Of a stretch of 64,000 nucleotides of DNA, positions 10,360 to 18,715 are shown piece after piece. The notes under the pieces are model-generated. The model made no database searches. It was not told the DNA's origin and was given only the letters and a program-made list of their open reading frames with translations. Within the stretch, counting starts at the first letter, position 1, and the number at the start of each line of letters is the position of its first letter. A program made the position numbers and the translations under genes. This stretch comes from Deinococcales bacterium (GTDB lineage: Bacteria; Deinococcota; Deinococci; Deinococcales; JAAFIG01). The stretch covers positions 1 through 64,000 of the forward strand of contig JAYWGM010000101.1 of NCBI GenBank assembly GCA_043778225.1, written 5' to 3'.

Positions 10360-11184
10360 GTGATTCGGTCACATTATCTTGAGCCACAAATAGTTCAGCT
10401 AAATCGTTTGAAGCCACCTTTGAAATGGGCTGGCGGGAAACGTTGGCTTGTGCCTAAATTACAATCACTTTGGCAGCAAAACCCACAGCAACGTTTAGTA
10501 GAGCCATTTAGTGGTGGGCTTGCAGTCTCACTTGGTTTGATGCCTCAAACTGCATTACTCAATGACATTAATCCTCATTTGATCAACTTCTATCACTGGT
10601 TACAACGTGGCTTAGTTTTTGAAATAGAACTGCGTTACGAGCGGTCATTGTTTCTCGAGCATCGTACTCGGTTCAATGATTTAGTACATAAAAAACTCGA
10701 ACAAACTAAAGAGGCGGCCGAACTCTTTTTTTATCTTAATCGCACGGGGTTCAATGGTTTATGTAGATTTAATAGAAGCGGCGAGTTTAATGTTCCTTTT
10801 GGTAAATACACCAATATCACCTATCCAAAAAACTTACTCGAATATAGGTATTATTTAGCCTCTTGGGTTTTTACTGTTGACGACTTTAGTGCAATGAATA
10901 TCGAACCAAATGATTTGATTTATGCTGACCCACCATACGATGTTGAGTTTACAAGCTATAATGCTGGCGGTTTTTCATGGAATGACCAGTTACGACTTGC
11001 GATATGGTTGAAAGCACACCCAGGTACAGTAATTGCTTCTAACCAAGCTACACCACGAATTATTGAACTCTATAGTGACCTTGGATTTCAAATTACAATA
11101 GTTGACGCACCACGAAGAATTTCTTGTGACGGAAATAGGGCGACAGCACGTGAAATTCTTGCGATGAAAACCATTTTAGACTAA
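10360..11184 (+). CDS. Dam-family (alpha class) DNA adenine methyltransferase
   Basis: PPLKWAGGK, EPFSGG, LNRTGFNGLCRFN...FNVPFG, DPPY. Confidence 0.92.
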   Translation: MIRSHYLEPQIVQLNRLKPPLKWAGGKRWLVPKLQSLWQQNPQQRLVEPFSGGLAVSLGLMPQTALLNDINPHLINFYHWLQRGLVFEIELRYERSLFLEHRTRFNDLVHKKLEQTKEAAELFFYLNRTGFNGLCRFNRSGEFNVPFGKYTNITYPKNLLEYRYYLASWVFTVDDFSAMNIEPNDLIYADPPYDVEFTSYNAGGFSWNDQLRLAIWLKAHPGTVIASNQATPRIIELYSDLGFQITIVDAPRRISCDGNRATAREILAMKTILD

Positions 11185-11568
11185 AGAAAAATAGAGTCTA
11201 AGCCAGTCTTCTAAGTCTTTGAACCAGACTACCTTACCTGTAGATAATAAATAACCAACCATGTTGGTGGAAAAACCATCTCCGTTTATCACAACCAGTC
11301 CTGCAATGGGCCAAGATTGAATATCTTCGATTGTTGATGGAATTTTTTCTTCGGCTGAACCACTTGTGCCTTGATACTTGCATTCAATTCCTAGTGTTTT
11401 TGTATTTGACGTGTTGCTAACAATTACATCAATGTAACGTTCTGCCCCCCAAATTCGTCGAGCCGCTTTTACTTCCGTTTTTGCATTTAAGCCGAGAGCG
11501 TGAGCCAACTCTACTACTTTTTGTTGAAGCTCTTTACCACTTTTGACTGCTAATCCTTTACCCGCCAT
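11176..11568 (-). CDS. Small PD-(D/E)XK nuclease, putative restriction endonuclease
   Basis: ID...IECKYQ...GSAEEK motif; convergent with the MTase and overlapping it by 9 bp. Confidence 0.75.
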   Translation of the reverse strand: MAGKGLAVKSGKELQQKVVELAHALGLNAKTEVKAARRIWGAERYIDVIVSNTSNTKTLGIECKYQGTSGSAEEKIPSTIEDIQSWPIAGLVVINGDGFSTNMVGYLLSTGKVVWFKDLEDWLRLYFSLV

Positions 11569-11685
11569 AAATCACCTCGTGACTACCTTAGCATAGCTTT
11601 TTATATGCTGCTGGTAGACACTAAATTTAAGTCGGTTTCTGTATTTTACTGATTTATTTGCCAGATTTTTTGTCCCTAAGGGGCT

Positions 11686-12060
11686 TTATCTAATTTGATG
11701 CACCAAGTCATTTCTCACAGCCAGCATAATAGTTTGAGGCATTATCTCTACTAACCAATAAGGTATTTCTGATACCAGTTCCTCTACGGGTAGCTCAAGC
11801 AAGGGAATGTAAAACCCATACACCAGCCCTTTAGGTAAACAGTACAAAGCGGTCACACGTAATTTGCAAACCATTTGAAGATCATCATTTATCCAGAAGT
11901 CAATATCGTCACTAAGTCGATATACCAATGCCTCTCTATCGTACCAAACACCCACTGAAACCAACTGTAACCCAATTTGGCGATTTGTAAGTTTCAGAGC
12001 TTGAATTTCGGATGGAATAAGTGCTTTCGTAAACACAACTGAGATTAGATTATTGGTCAT
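11686..12060 (-). CDS. Hypothetical protein
   Basis: 124-aa ORF in the AT-rich islet with TATACT 7 nt before ATG; no recognised motif. Confidence 0.55.
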   Translation of the reverse strand: MTNNLISVVFTKALIPSEIQALKLTNRQIGLQLVSVGVWYDREALVYRLSDDIDFWINDDLQMVCKLRVTALYCLPKGLVYGFYIPLLELPVEELVSEIPYWLVEIMPQTIMLAVRNDLVHQIR

Positions 12061-12168
12061 GGGCTAAAGTATAACACAATAATTGCAAGCAAGCAAGCAT
12101 TTAATTATGAAGAAGAGTTCTCTATAATTTTCTCAAAAGCAAGTACACTACTAAGAAGGTTAATAAAT

Positions 12169-12363
12169 ATGGAAAAAACTCGGATCGAAACAGAATTACA
12201 ACTAACTACTGAAGAGCGAGTTGTCCCCTTCAGTACCTATCTACGCCCAAGTCTACAAAAACGAGTCAAGCGCCTCGCCGTAGAACTCGAGACAACAGTA
12301 GCTTCGCTGGTCGAACAGGCACTCGAGGAATTTCTGGTGGCTCGAGAAAACCAAAAAAATTGA
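12169..12363 (+). CDS. Ribbon-helix-helix (CopG/ParG-like) DNA-binding protein
   Basis: FSTYL beta strand followed by two helices (RPSLQKRVKRLAVE, TVASLVEQALEEFL); AAGGT RBS. Confidence 0.7.
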   Translation: MEKTRIETELQLTTEERVVPFSTYLRPSLQKRVKRLAVELETTVASLVEQALEEFLVARENQKN

Positions 12364-12456
12364 TGCTGCCTCGAGCTTCCCATTTTGGCTTTTGAATCAT
12401 CAGCCAAATACAGTACAATATGGTCATTCTATGTGTTTTTACCGAGGAGCAAATCC

Positions 12457-13629
12457 GTGAAGTTTTACGTTATTGGTGATGTCACCGTTGACCATATGCA
12501 CTTTCTTGAACGTATTCCCGTGGCTGGCGAAGATGTCACGCCAAAGCACACCGTCTTGTTACCCGGTGGAGCAGGTGGCACAATGGCATACCACGCGGCA
12601 CACTTGGGGCATTCTGTGACACTGGCGGCTCGAGTCGGACAAGACCCATTTGCTTCGGTGGCGCTCGAGAACTTAAAAACCAGTGGAGTCAATCTTAAAG
12701 CCCTACAATACGATGCAAGCGTCATGACCAGCACCGTCACGATTTTAGTAACAACCGGCGCAGAACGCACCATGATTTCGGCAACGGGTGCAAATCGCCT
12801 ACTCGATGCGGCAAATCTCGAGAAAAAAAATCTTGAGGCTTCGGATGCGGTGGTGGTCAGTGCCTATGCGCTGATTAGCGGAGCGCAGCGCGAATACACT
12901 GTGGCTGCCATGAAGATGGCAAAAAAAGCCAATATCCCCGTTTTTATAGACCTCGGCACGGGCGCAGTCAATGCGGCGGGAACAAGTCTGCTCGAGATGG
13001 TCAAGGGTGCAGATTATTTACTGATGAATCAACTCGAGTTATTTAGAATTACGGGCGAAAACAGTATTTCCGAAGCCCTCGAGCAACTAGAAGCCTTGGG
13101 TTTACAGACCGTGGTGATTAAAGTTGGGGCGCTTGGGGCAATTTTATGGACTCCCAAAGAATCTGAATTACTCGAGGGCTACGCAGTTGAAGATGTGCTG
13201 GACACAACTGGGGCTGGCGATGCCTTTACAGTGGCGTTTGCTCATGCGGTGTTAAGCGATTTTACGCTATCTCGAGCCGTCGCCTATGCCAACATTGCTG
13301 GCGCGATGGCTGCCCAAGCGATTGGCGCACAAGGCGCAGAACTCAAGCACGAAGTGATTTATGAAATTTTGATCGAACGCGAAGCCCTGCGAGCCGCCAA
13401 GGTACTTGCCAAGCAAACTCGGGCTGGAAAGCGTCTTAAACCCAAAGAAATTGCGGCGGTTACACCCGTGGTGGTTGTGCCAAAAGCTGTCGCGCCAGTC
13501 TCGAGTAAAGTTGTTGCGCCAGTCTCGAATTTAGCTGCGCCAGTCATCAAAAAACCCAGTCTCGAGGTCAAAATACCAGAACCAGCCCTCGAAGAACCCA
13601 AAAAGCGCGGTCGCAAACGGGCAAGCTAA
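12457..13629 (+). CDS. PfkB/ribokinase-family carbohydrate kinase with low-complexity C-terminal tail
   Basis: PGGAGG, DTTGAGDAF signature; GAGGAG RBS before GTG at 12457. Confidence 0.88.
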   Translation: MKFYVIGDVTVDHMHFLERIPVAGEDVTPKHTVLLPGGAGGTMAYHAAHLGHSVTLAARVGQDPFASVALENLKTSGVNLKALQYDASVMTSTVTILVTTGAERTMISATGANRLLDAANLEKKNLEASDAVVVSAYALISGAQREYTVAAMKMAKKANIPVFIDLGTGAVNAAGTSLLEMVKGADYLLMNQLELFRITGENSISEALEQLEALGLQTVVIKVGALGAILWTPKESELLEGYAVEDVLDTTGAGDAFTVAFAHAVLSDFTLSRAVAYANIAGAMAAQAIGAQGAELKHEVIYEILIEREALRAAKVLAKQTRAGKRLKPKEIAAVTPVVVVPKAVAPVSSKVVAPVSNLAAPVIKKPSLEVKIPEPALEEPKKRGRKRAS

Positions 13630-13754
13630 ACTATTGTAGTCCAAGTGACCGCTAAATCTCTATAGTTCAAAAAGCGTATGTGATGCAAGTTGCCCAGTGT
13701 TAGGCTTTTGCCCAACATGGCTCGAGACCGCTCAACTCGAGTCGCTGAGGTAAG

Positions 13755-15605
13755 ATGCTCAAAGGTTTTCGTGGTCTTGGTTTTTTCTTTTTGCGTTATC
13801 GGTTGCAGTGGATACTTGGGATGGTCTGCGTTTTTTTCTCGGTTGGGATTTCCTTATTGGGTCCGCCATTTTTTGTTCGCTTTGTGATAGACGAACTCTA
13901 TGCGGGTCGGGCAACCCTCGAGACGGTAGCTTGGAATGCCTTTTATATTTTATTAACCACACTGGCAGCCAATGTGATTGTTTTTGTGCAACGCCAATTT
14001 AATGTCGTCTCGAGTTTTCGGGTGGCTTACGATGTCCGAAAAGCCATTTTTGACCAACTGACGCAACTTGACCAGACCTATTTTCATAACAATAAAACTG
14101 GCGACCTGATGAGCCGCTTAACCTCAGACCTGAACATGGTGCGAGAAATGCTTGGTTTTGGCATCAACGCGGGTTCGCAAACACTGCTGCGCTTATTTAT
14201 GAGTTTGGGCTTGATGCTCTGGTTATCGCCAACTTTGGGCTTAATTGTGGTGGCGGTTTTTCCATTGATTGCTGGCTTACTGGCTTTAATGATTGGCGTG
14301 ATTGCCAAGCGTTATGTGGCGGTGCAAGAACAGGCAAGTTTAATCAGTGCCAAAGCCCAAGAAAACTTTAGTGGCATTCGGGTGGTTAAAGGCTATGCCA
14401 TCGAAGACCGCGAAATTCTCGAGTACAAAAACATGAATGCTGAGTACAAAAAACGCAGCCTGCGCTTGGCGATTGTCGAAGCGCCACAATGGGCGGCGGT
14501 TGGTATTGCGATGAATACGGTTTTTGTGATTGTGCTGTTGGTCGGTTCTCGAGAACTGATTTTTCAGGGCGCACTGAGCGGTAATGCGTCCGCAAGTTTT
14601 GCTGGTTTAACACCCGGTAAATTTGTGCAGTTTTTTACCTACTTGTTTGAGCTCAGTTGGCCGATGCTTGCCATTGGCTGGATGACCAACATCTTTCAGC
14701 GTGGCTCGAGCAGTTGGACACGTCTACAAGAAATTCTCGATGCCAAAAGCGCCATCACCGACAACCGTGCTGACCCAAGCATCGAAGTGGTTCATGGCGC
14801 AATCGAATTTAAGGATGTCGGTTTCAAAGCCGATGGGCGCACGCTATTGTCTCATGTCAACCTGAGTATTCCCAAAGGTACAACGGTTGGCATTACAGGG
14901 CGAACTGGCAGTGGCAAAACTTTGTTGGCACAACTGATTGGGCGCTTAATCGAACCAAGTTCTGGGGTGCTGTTGATAGATGGTCAAGATGCCCGCACCA
15001 TTGCAGTTCAAACCCTGCGTGGCGCAATCGGACTTGTACCCCAAGAACCGTTTTTGTTTTCCGATAAATTATCCGAGAACATTGCTTTTGGTCTACCTAA
15101 CAGTACCCAAATTATTGAACCCAACATACCAGACTTAGAAAGGGTACAAAAAGCAGCCCGAATTGCTGGCTTATCCAAGGATGTCGCCGATTTCAAGGAG
15201 CAATTCGAGACCATTTTGGGCGAACGTGGCATTACCCTGAGCGGTGGACAACGCCAACGCACCGCCATTGCTCGGGCGATTGCTCGAGACCCCGCGATTC
15301 TGATTTTGGACGACAGCATGAGCGCTGTGGACACCGAGACCGAAGCCAGAATTTTATCGGAATTACGCACCGTTCTCGAGGGGCGCACCGTGATTTTAAT
15401 TGGTCACCGAGTCAGTACGCTGCGCTTTGCCGACAACATTGTGGTCTTAGAAAACGGCAGGGTTCTCGAGCAGGGTTCACACGAAAATTTAATTGCCCAA
15501 GGTGGCTATTATGCCGAAATGGAACGCAAACAAAGCCTGCAATCCGAACTCGAGACCGAATTGCCAGTTGCGGGTCATCAGCCAGTCGGGAGCTTACAAT
15601 CATGA
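13755..15605 (+). CDS. ABC exporter, fused permease/ATPase (MdlA-like half)
   Basis: KTGDLMSRLTSD; GRTGSGKT; LSGGQRQR; degenerate Walker B ILDDSMS. Confidence 0.9.
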   Translation: MLKGFRGLGFFFLRYRLQWILGMVCVFFSVGISLLGPPFFVRFVIDELYAGRATLETVAWNAFYILLTTLAANVIVFVQRQFNVVSSFRVAYDVRKAIFDQLTQLDQTYFHNNKTGDLMSRLTSDLNMVREMLGFGINAGSQTLLRLFMSLGLMLWLSPTLGLIVVAVFPLIAGLLALMIGVIAKRYVAVQEQASLISAKAQENFSGIRVVKGYAIEDREILEYKNMNAEYKKRSLRLAIVEAPQWAAVGIAMNTVFVIVLLVGSRELIFQGALSGNASASFAGLTPGKFVQFFTYLFELSWPMLAIGWMTNIFQRGSSSWTRLQEILDAKSAITDNRADPSIEVVHGAIEFKDVGFKADGRTLLSHVNLSIPKGTTVGITGRTGSGKTLLAQLIGRLIEPSSGVLLIDGQDARTIAVQTLRGAIGLVPQEPFLFSDKLSENIAFGLPNSTQIIEPNIPDLERVQKAARIAGLSKDVADFKEQFETILGERGITLSGGQRQRTAIARAIARDPAILILDDSMSAVDTETEARILSELRTVLEGRTVILIGHRVSTLRFADNIVVLENGRVLEQGSHENLIAQGGYYAEMERKQSLQSELETELPVAGHQPVGSLQS

Positions 15606-17440
15606 GAGAAGAAGACGCTTTCCAAAAACAATTTGATTGGCAACTGACCAAACGAATTTTTGGCTATTTACGCCCCTATCAGTGGGTCGCCATCGGCGCG
15701 TTGGTGCTGGCATTTTTGAACAGTGGCACAAATCGCCTTTACCCGTTTTTACAAGCCCAAGTCATCGACCAGTACCTGATTCCAAAAGCTGGTTCGAGTT
15801 TTGCTGGACTCAGCCTCGATGCTCGGTGGAATGGCGTGGTCACGATTGGCATTATTATCGGCTTGGTAGCACTGCTCGAGTTTGTGGTGCGCTTTGCTTT
15901 TAATTACACCCTTTCTTGGATGGGGCAGAGCGTGCTGTTTGATATTCGCGCCGATATTTTTAGTAAATTGCAGCGCTTGCCGCTTGCCTATTTTGACCGT
16001 AACCCCGTCGGGCGCTTGATTACTCGAGTCACTTCGGATGTGGATGCGATCAACAGCTTTATCACCGACGGCTTAATGACCTTGGTGCAAAGCACTTTTG
16101 TGATTCTGGCAACGGCGGTTTTGATGCTGACCCTGAATGTCAAACTGGCACTGGTGGCGTTTGCAGTCGTGCCGATTTTATTTGTGGCAATGCGCTTTTT
16201 TCAGACCCAATTTCGTAAAAGTTACCGCGAGATTCGGATTAAACAAGCCATTGTCAACACTGCCCTCAACGAAAACATCACCGGTATGGGAACGGTTCAA
16301 ATTTTTAACCGCGAAGCTCGGCAGCGCCGTGATTTTGACAAACTCAATTCGGCTTTTTTGGCTGAGTACCTCAAAAGCGTCAAGTGGTACAGCTATTTTT
16401 TCCCGACGGTCGGTATTATTGGCAATGCTGCACTGGCAGTCGTGATTTGGGTTGGTGGCAGCGATGCGGTTCAGAATGCGGTCAGTATTGGCGTACTGTA
16501 CGCTTTTACGCGCTATGTCTTTGATTTTTTTCGTCCGCTCGAGGATTTAAGCAATGTCTTAAACACCTTGCAAGCTGCGATGGCGAGTGCCGAACGAATT
16601 TTTGGTATTTTGGATGAACCCGAAGTCGTGACCGACGCGCCAGACGCTAAAAAAATTGTCGGCGGCTTTAAGGGCGAAGTGCAATTTAAGGATGTCTGGT
16701 TTAGCTATAAACCCGTGGGCGAAGAGGTTCTCGAGACCGATTGGGTTTTGCGTGGCATCAATCTCCACGTCCAGCCGGGGCAGAGTGTGGCGTTGGTTGG
16801 CGCAACTGGGGCGGGTAAAACCAGCATCATCAGTCTGCTCTCGAGGTTCTACGATATTCAAAAAGGCAGCATTCTGGTGGACGGCACAGATGTGCGCCAG
16901 ATTGCCCAGCGAGATTTGCGTAAACACGTTGGTGTGGTTTTACAAGATGTCTATTTGTTTAGTGGCACAATCGAATCGAACTTACGCATGAACGATGAAA
17001 CCATTCCACTCGAGAAAATCATTCAAGCCTGCAAATACGTTGGGGTTCACGAGTTTATATCGGGTCTTGCCAATGGTTATAAAACCGAAGTCAAAGAACG
17101 CGGCGCGACCCTTTCGACTGGGCAAAAACAGCTTTTGGCGTTTGCTCGAGCCTTAATTGCCAATCCAGATATTTTATTGGTCTTGGACGAAGCCACCGCC
17201 AATATAGACACCGAATCCGAGCTTCAAATTCAAGATGCCTTGGCAAAAGTCATGCACGGGCGCACTAGCATTATTATTGCCCACCGTTTAAGCACGATTA
17301 AAAACTGCGACCGCATCATTGTGATGCGAAAAGGCAAAATTGTCGAAGAGGGCAGCCACGACCAATTATTGCGTCAGGGCGGTTATTATGCCACGCTCTA
17401 CAACTTGCAGTACGCTGACCAAGAACTGGTTGGCGCATAG
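15602..17440 (+). CDS. ABC exporter, fused permease/ATPase (MdlB-like half)
   Basis: PVGRLITRVTSD; GATGAGKT; LSTGQKQ; LDEATANID. Confidence 0.9.
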   Translation: MREEDAFQKQFDWQLTKRIFGYLRPYQWVAIGALVLAFLNSGTNRLYPFLQAQVIDQYLIPKAGSSFAGLSLDARWNGVVTIGIIIGLVALLEFVVRFAFNYTLSWMGQSVLFDIRADIFSKLQRLPLAYFDRNPVGRLITRVTSDVDAINSFITDGLMTLVQSTFVILATAVLMLTLNVKLALVAFAVVPILFVAMRFFQTQFRKSYREIRIKQAIVNTALNENITGMGTVQIFNREARQRRDFDKLNSAFLAEYLKSVKWYSYFFPTVGIIGNAALAVVIWVGGSDAVQNAVSIGVLYAFTRYVFDFFRPLEDLSNVLNTLQAAMASAERIFGILDEPEVVTDAPDAKKIVGGFKGEVQFKDVWFSYKPVGEEVLETDWVLRGINLHVQPGQSVALVGATGAGKTSIISLLSRFYDIQKGSILVDGTDVRQIAQRDLRKHVGVVLQDVYLFSGTIESNLRMNDETIPLEKIIQACKYVGVHEFISGLANGYKTEVKERGATLSTGQKQLLAFARALIANPDILLVLDEATANIDTESELQIQDALAKVMHGRTSIIIAHRLSTIKNCDRIIVMRKGKIVEEGSHDQLLRQGGYYATLYNLQYADQELVGA

Positions 17441-17443
17441 CTT

Positions 17444-18019
17444 ATGCCGCTCGAGATGATGCCTTACCAATCGCGTTGGCAACTCGAATTTCAAGCGCTC
17501 GGCTCGAGTCTTCGCACAGCCCTTGGCGAGATGGCTTTACGCATAGACCACATTGGCAGTACCAGCGTCCCCGAGCTTATTGCCAAGGACATTATTGACA
17601 TTCAAGTGACGGTGGCTGACTTGGAGCATCCAGCCCTACAAACAGCCCTTGAAGAAGCGGGGTTTGTGTGGCGCGACGAGATTTGTTTTGACCATTGTCC
17701 ACCTGCCATGACCCTCGAGCCAGACCAACTCGAGAAACGGTATGCCCAGCTTTTAGCGCCACAGCGCAAAGCTCATATTCATATTCGCCAGATGGGGCGC
17801 TTTAATCAGTCGTATGCTTTGTTGTGCCGTGATTATTTACGAACCCATGCAGGGACAAGACAAGCCTATGCCGAGGTTAAACGTCAACTGGCTAGGTATT
17901 TTCCAGATAATGCCCAAGCCTACTACGATATTAAAGACCCAGCTTTTGATTTGTTTATGACCGGTGCTTGGGAGTGGGCAGCATGGACAAATTGGCAAAT
18001 GGCGGCTTCGGACGCTTGA
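17444..18019 (+). CDS. GrpB/UPF0157-family protein
   Basis: IDHIGSTSVP...AKDIIDIQV, HIHIR, RDYLR...AYAEVK. Confidence 0.88.
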   Translation: MPLEMMPYQSRWQLEFQALGSSLRTALGEMALRIDHIGSTSVPELIAKDIIDIQVTVADLEHPALQTALEEAGFVWRDEICFDHCPPAMTLEPDQLEKRYAQLLAPQRKAHIHIRQMGRFNQSYALLCRDYLRTHAGTRQAYAEVKRQLARYFPDNAQAYYDIKDPAFDLFMTGAWEWAAWTNWQMAASDA

Positions 18020-18096
18020 CCCTAGAACACTTCTCGGGTTTATCGGGCGCTTTTTTTAACACCCTTAATTGTGATTCAAAACTGCAAAATTTTAGT

Positions 18097-18417
18097 TTAA
18101 CGAAGTGGCTTATTCAAAAGCGCCTCGCGCTTAGTGCTTTGTTCGATATGCACAATCTCGAGGCTATGCTCGGTCTGACGGTAATACATTCGGTAGGGGC
18201 GCTCACCAAAAGAAAATAAATTATCGTAGCGCGGGTTAGGGACTTTGACCCCAAGGCTTGCGTCGCGCACCAAATCTTCGATTACGCCAATCAGCCGTTG
18301 GACGGTGCGGTCGGCAGCATCAATGCTGTGCTGCTCGAGGTGGTCATAAATCTCTTCGAGGTCTTCGCGGGCGCGGTCAGCCCATTCGATACGGACAGGA
18401 GCGGTGAGGTCGCTCAT
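18097..18417 (-). CDS. RelE/ParE-family toxin
   Basis: IEWADRAREDLEEIYDHL...PYRMYYR...LEIVHI pattern; start overlaps upstream stop (ATGA). Confidence 0.78.
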   Translation of the reverse strand: MSDLTAPVRIEWADRAREDLEEIYDHLEQHSIDAADRTVQRLIGVIEDLVRDASLGVKVPNPRYDNLFSFGERPYRMYYRQTEHSLEIVHIEQSTKREALLNKPLR

Positions 18418-18614
18418 GAAAAAGTCTTCTTCCGAAAGTGATTGCGTAATTTTTCGGTACTCCAAACCCGTTGGTTCTCGAGGTCAAGCACCCCCTGATG
18501 GATGCGTTCAAAGGTTTGAATGGCTCGCTTGAAATCATGCCAATTGGCTTCCTCGGGCATTGGTTCGAGAATCGCCAGCACTTCAGCTTGGACTATTGCC
18601 TTCATGTCAGCCAT
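18414..18614 (-). CDS. Putative antitoxin of the RelE/ParE pair
   Basis: 66 aa; LEPMPEEANW...IHQGVLDLENQRV pattern typical of small antitoxins; translationally coupled to the toxin. Confidence 0.68.
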   Translation of the reverse strand: MADMKAIVQAEVLAILEPMPEEANWHDFKRAIQTFERIHQGVLDLENQRVWSTEKLRNHFRKKTFS

Positions 18615-18715
18615 TGTACGAAAAAATTGATGGTTTGTGTGGGGTTTTTTAAGGTTACTCGAGCAAAATAGCTCAAACCTCAAAACCCCTCGCTCGCTCG
18701 GGCTATAATCAAAGC

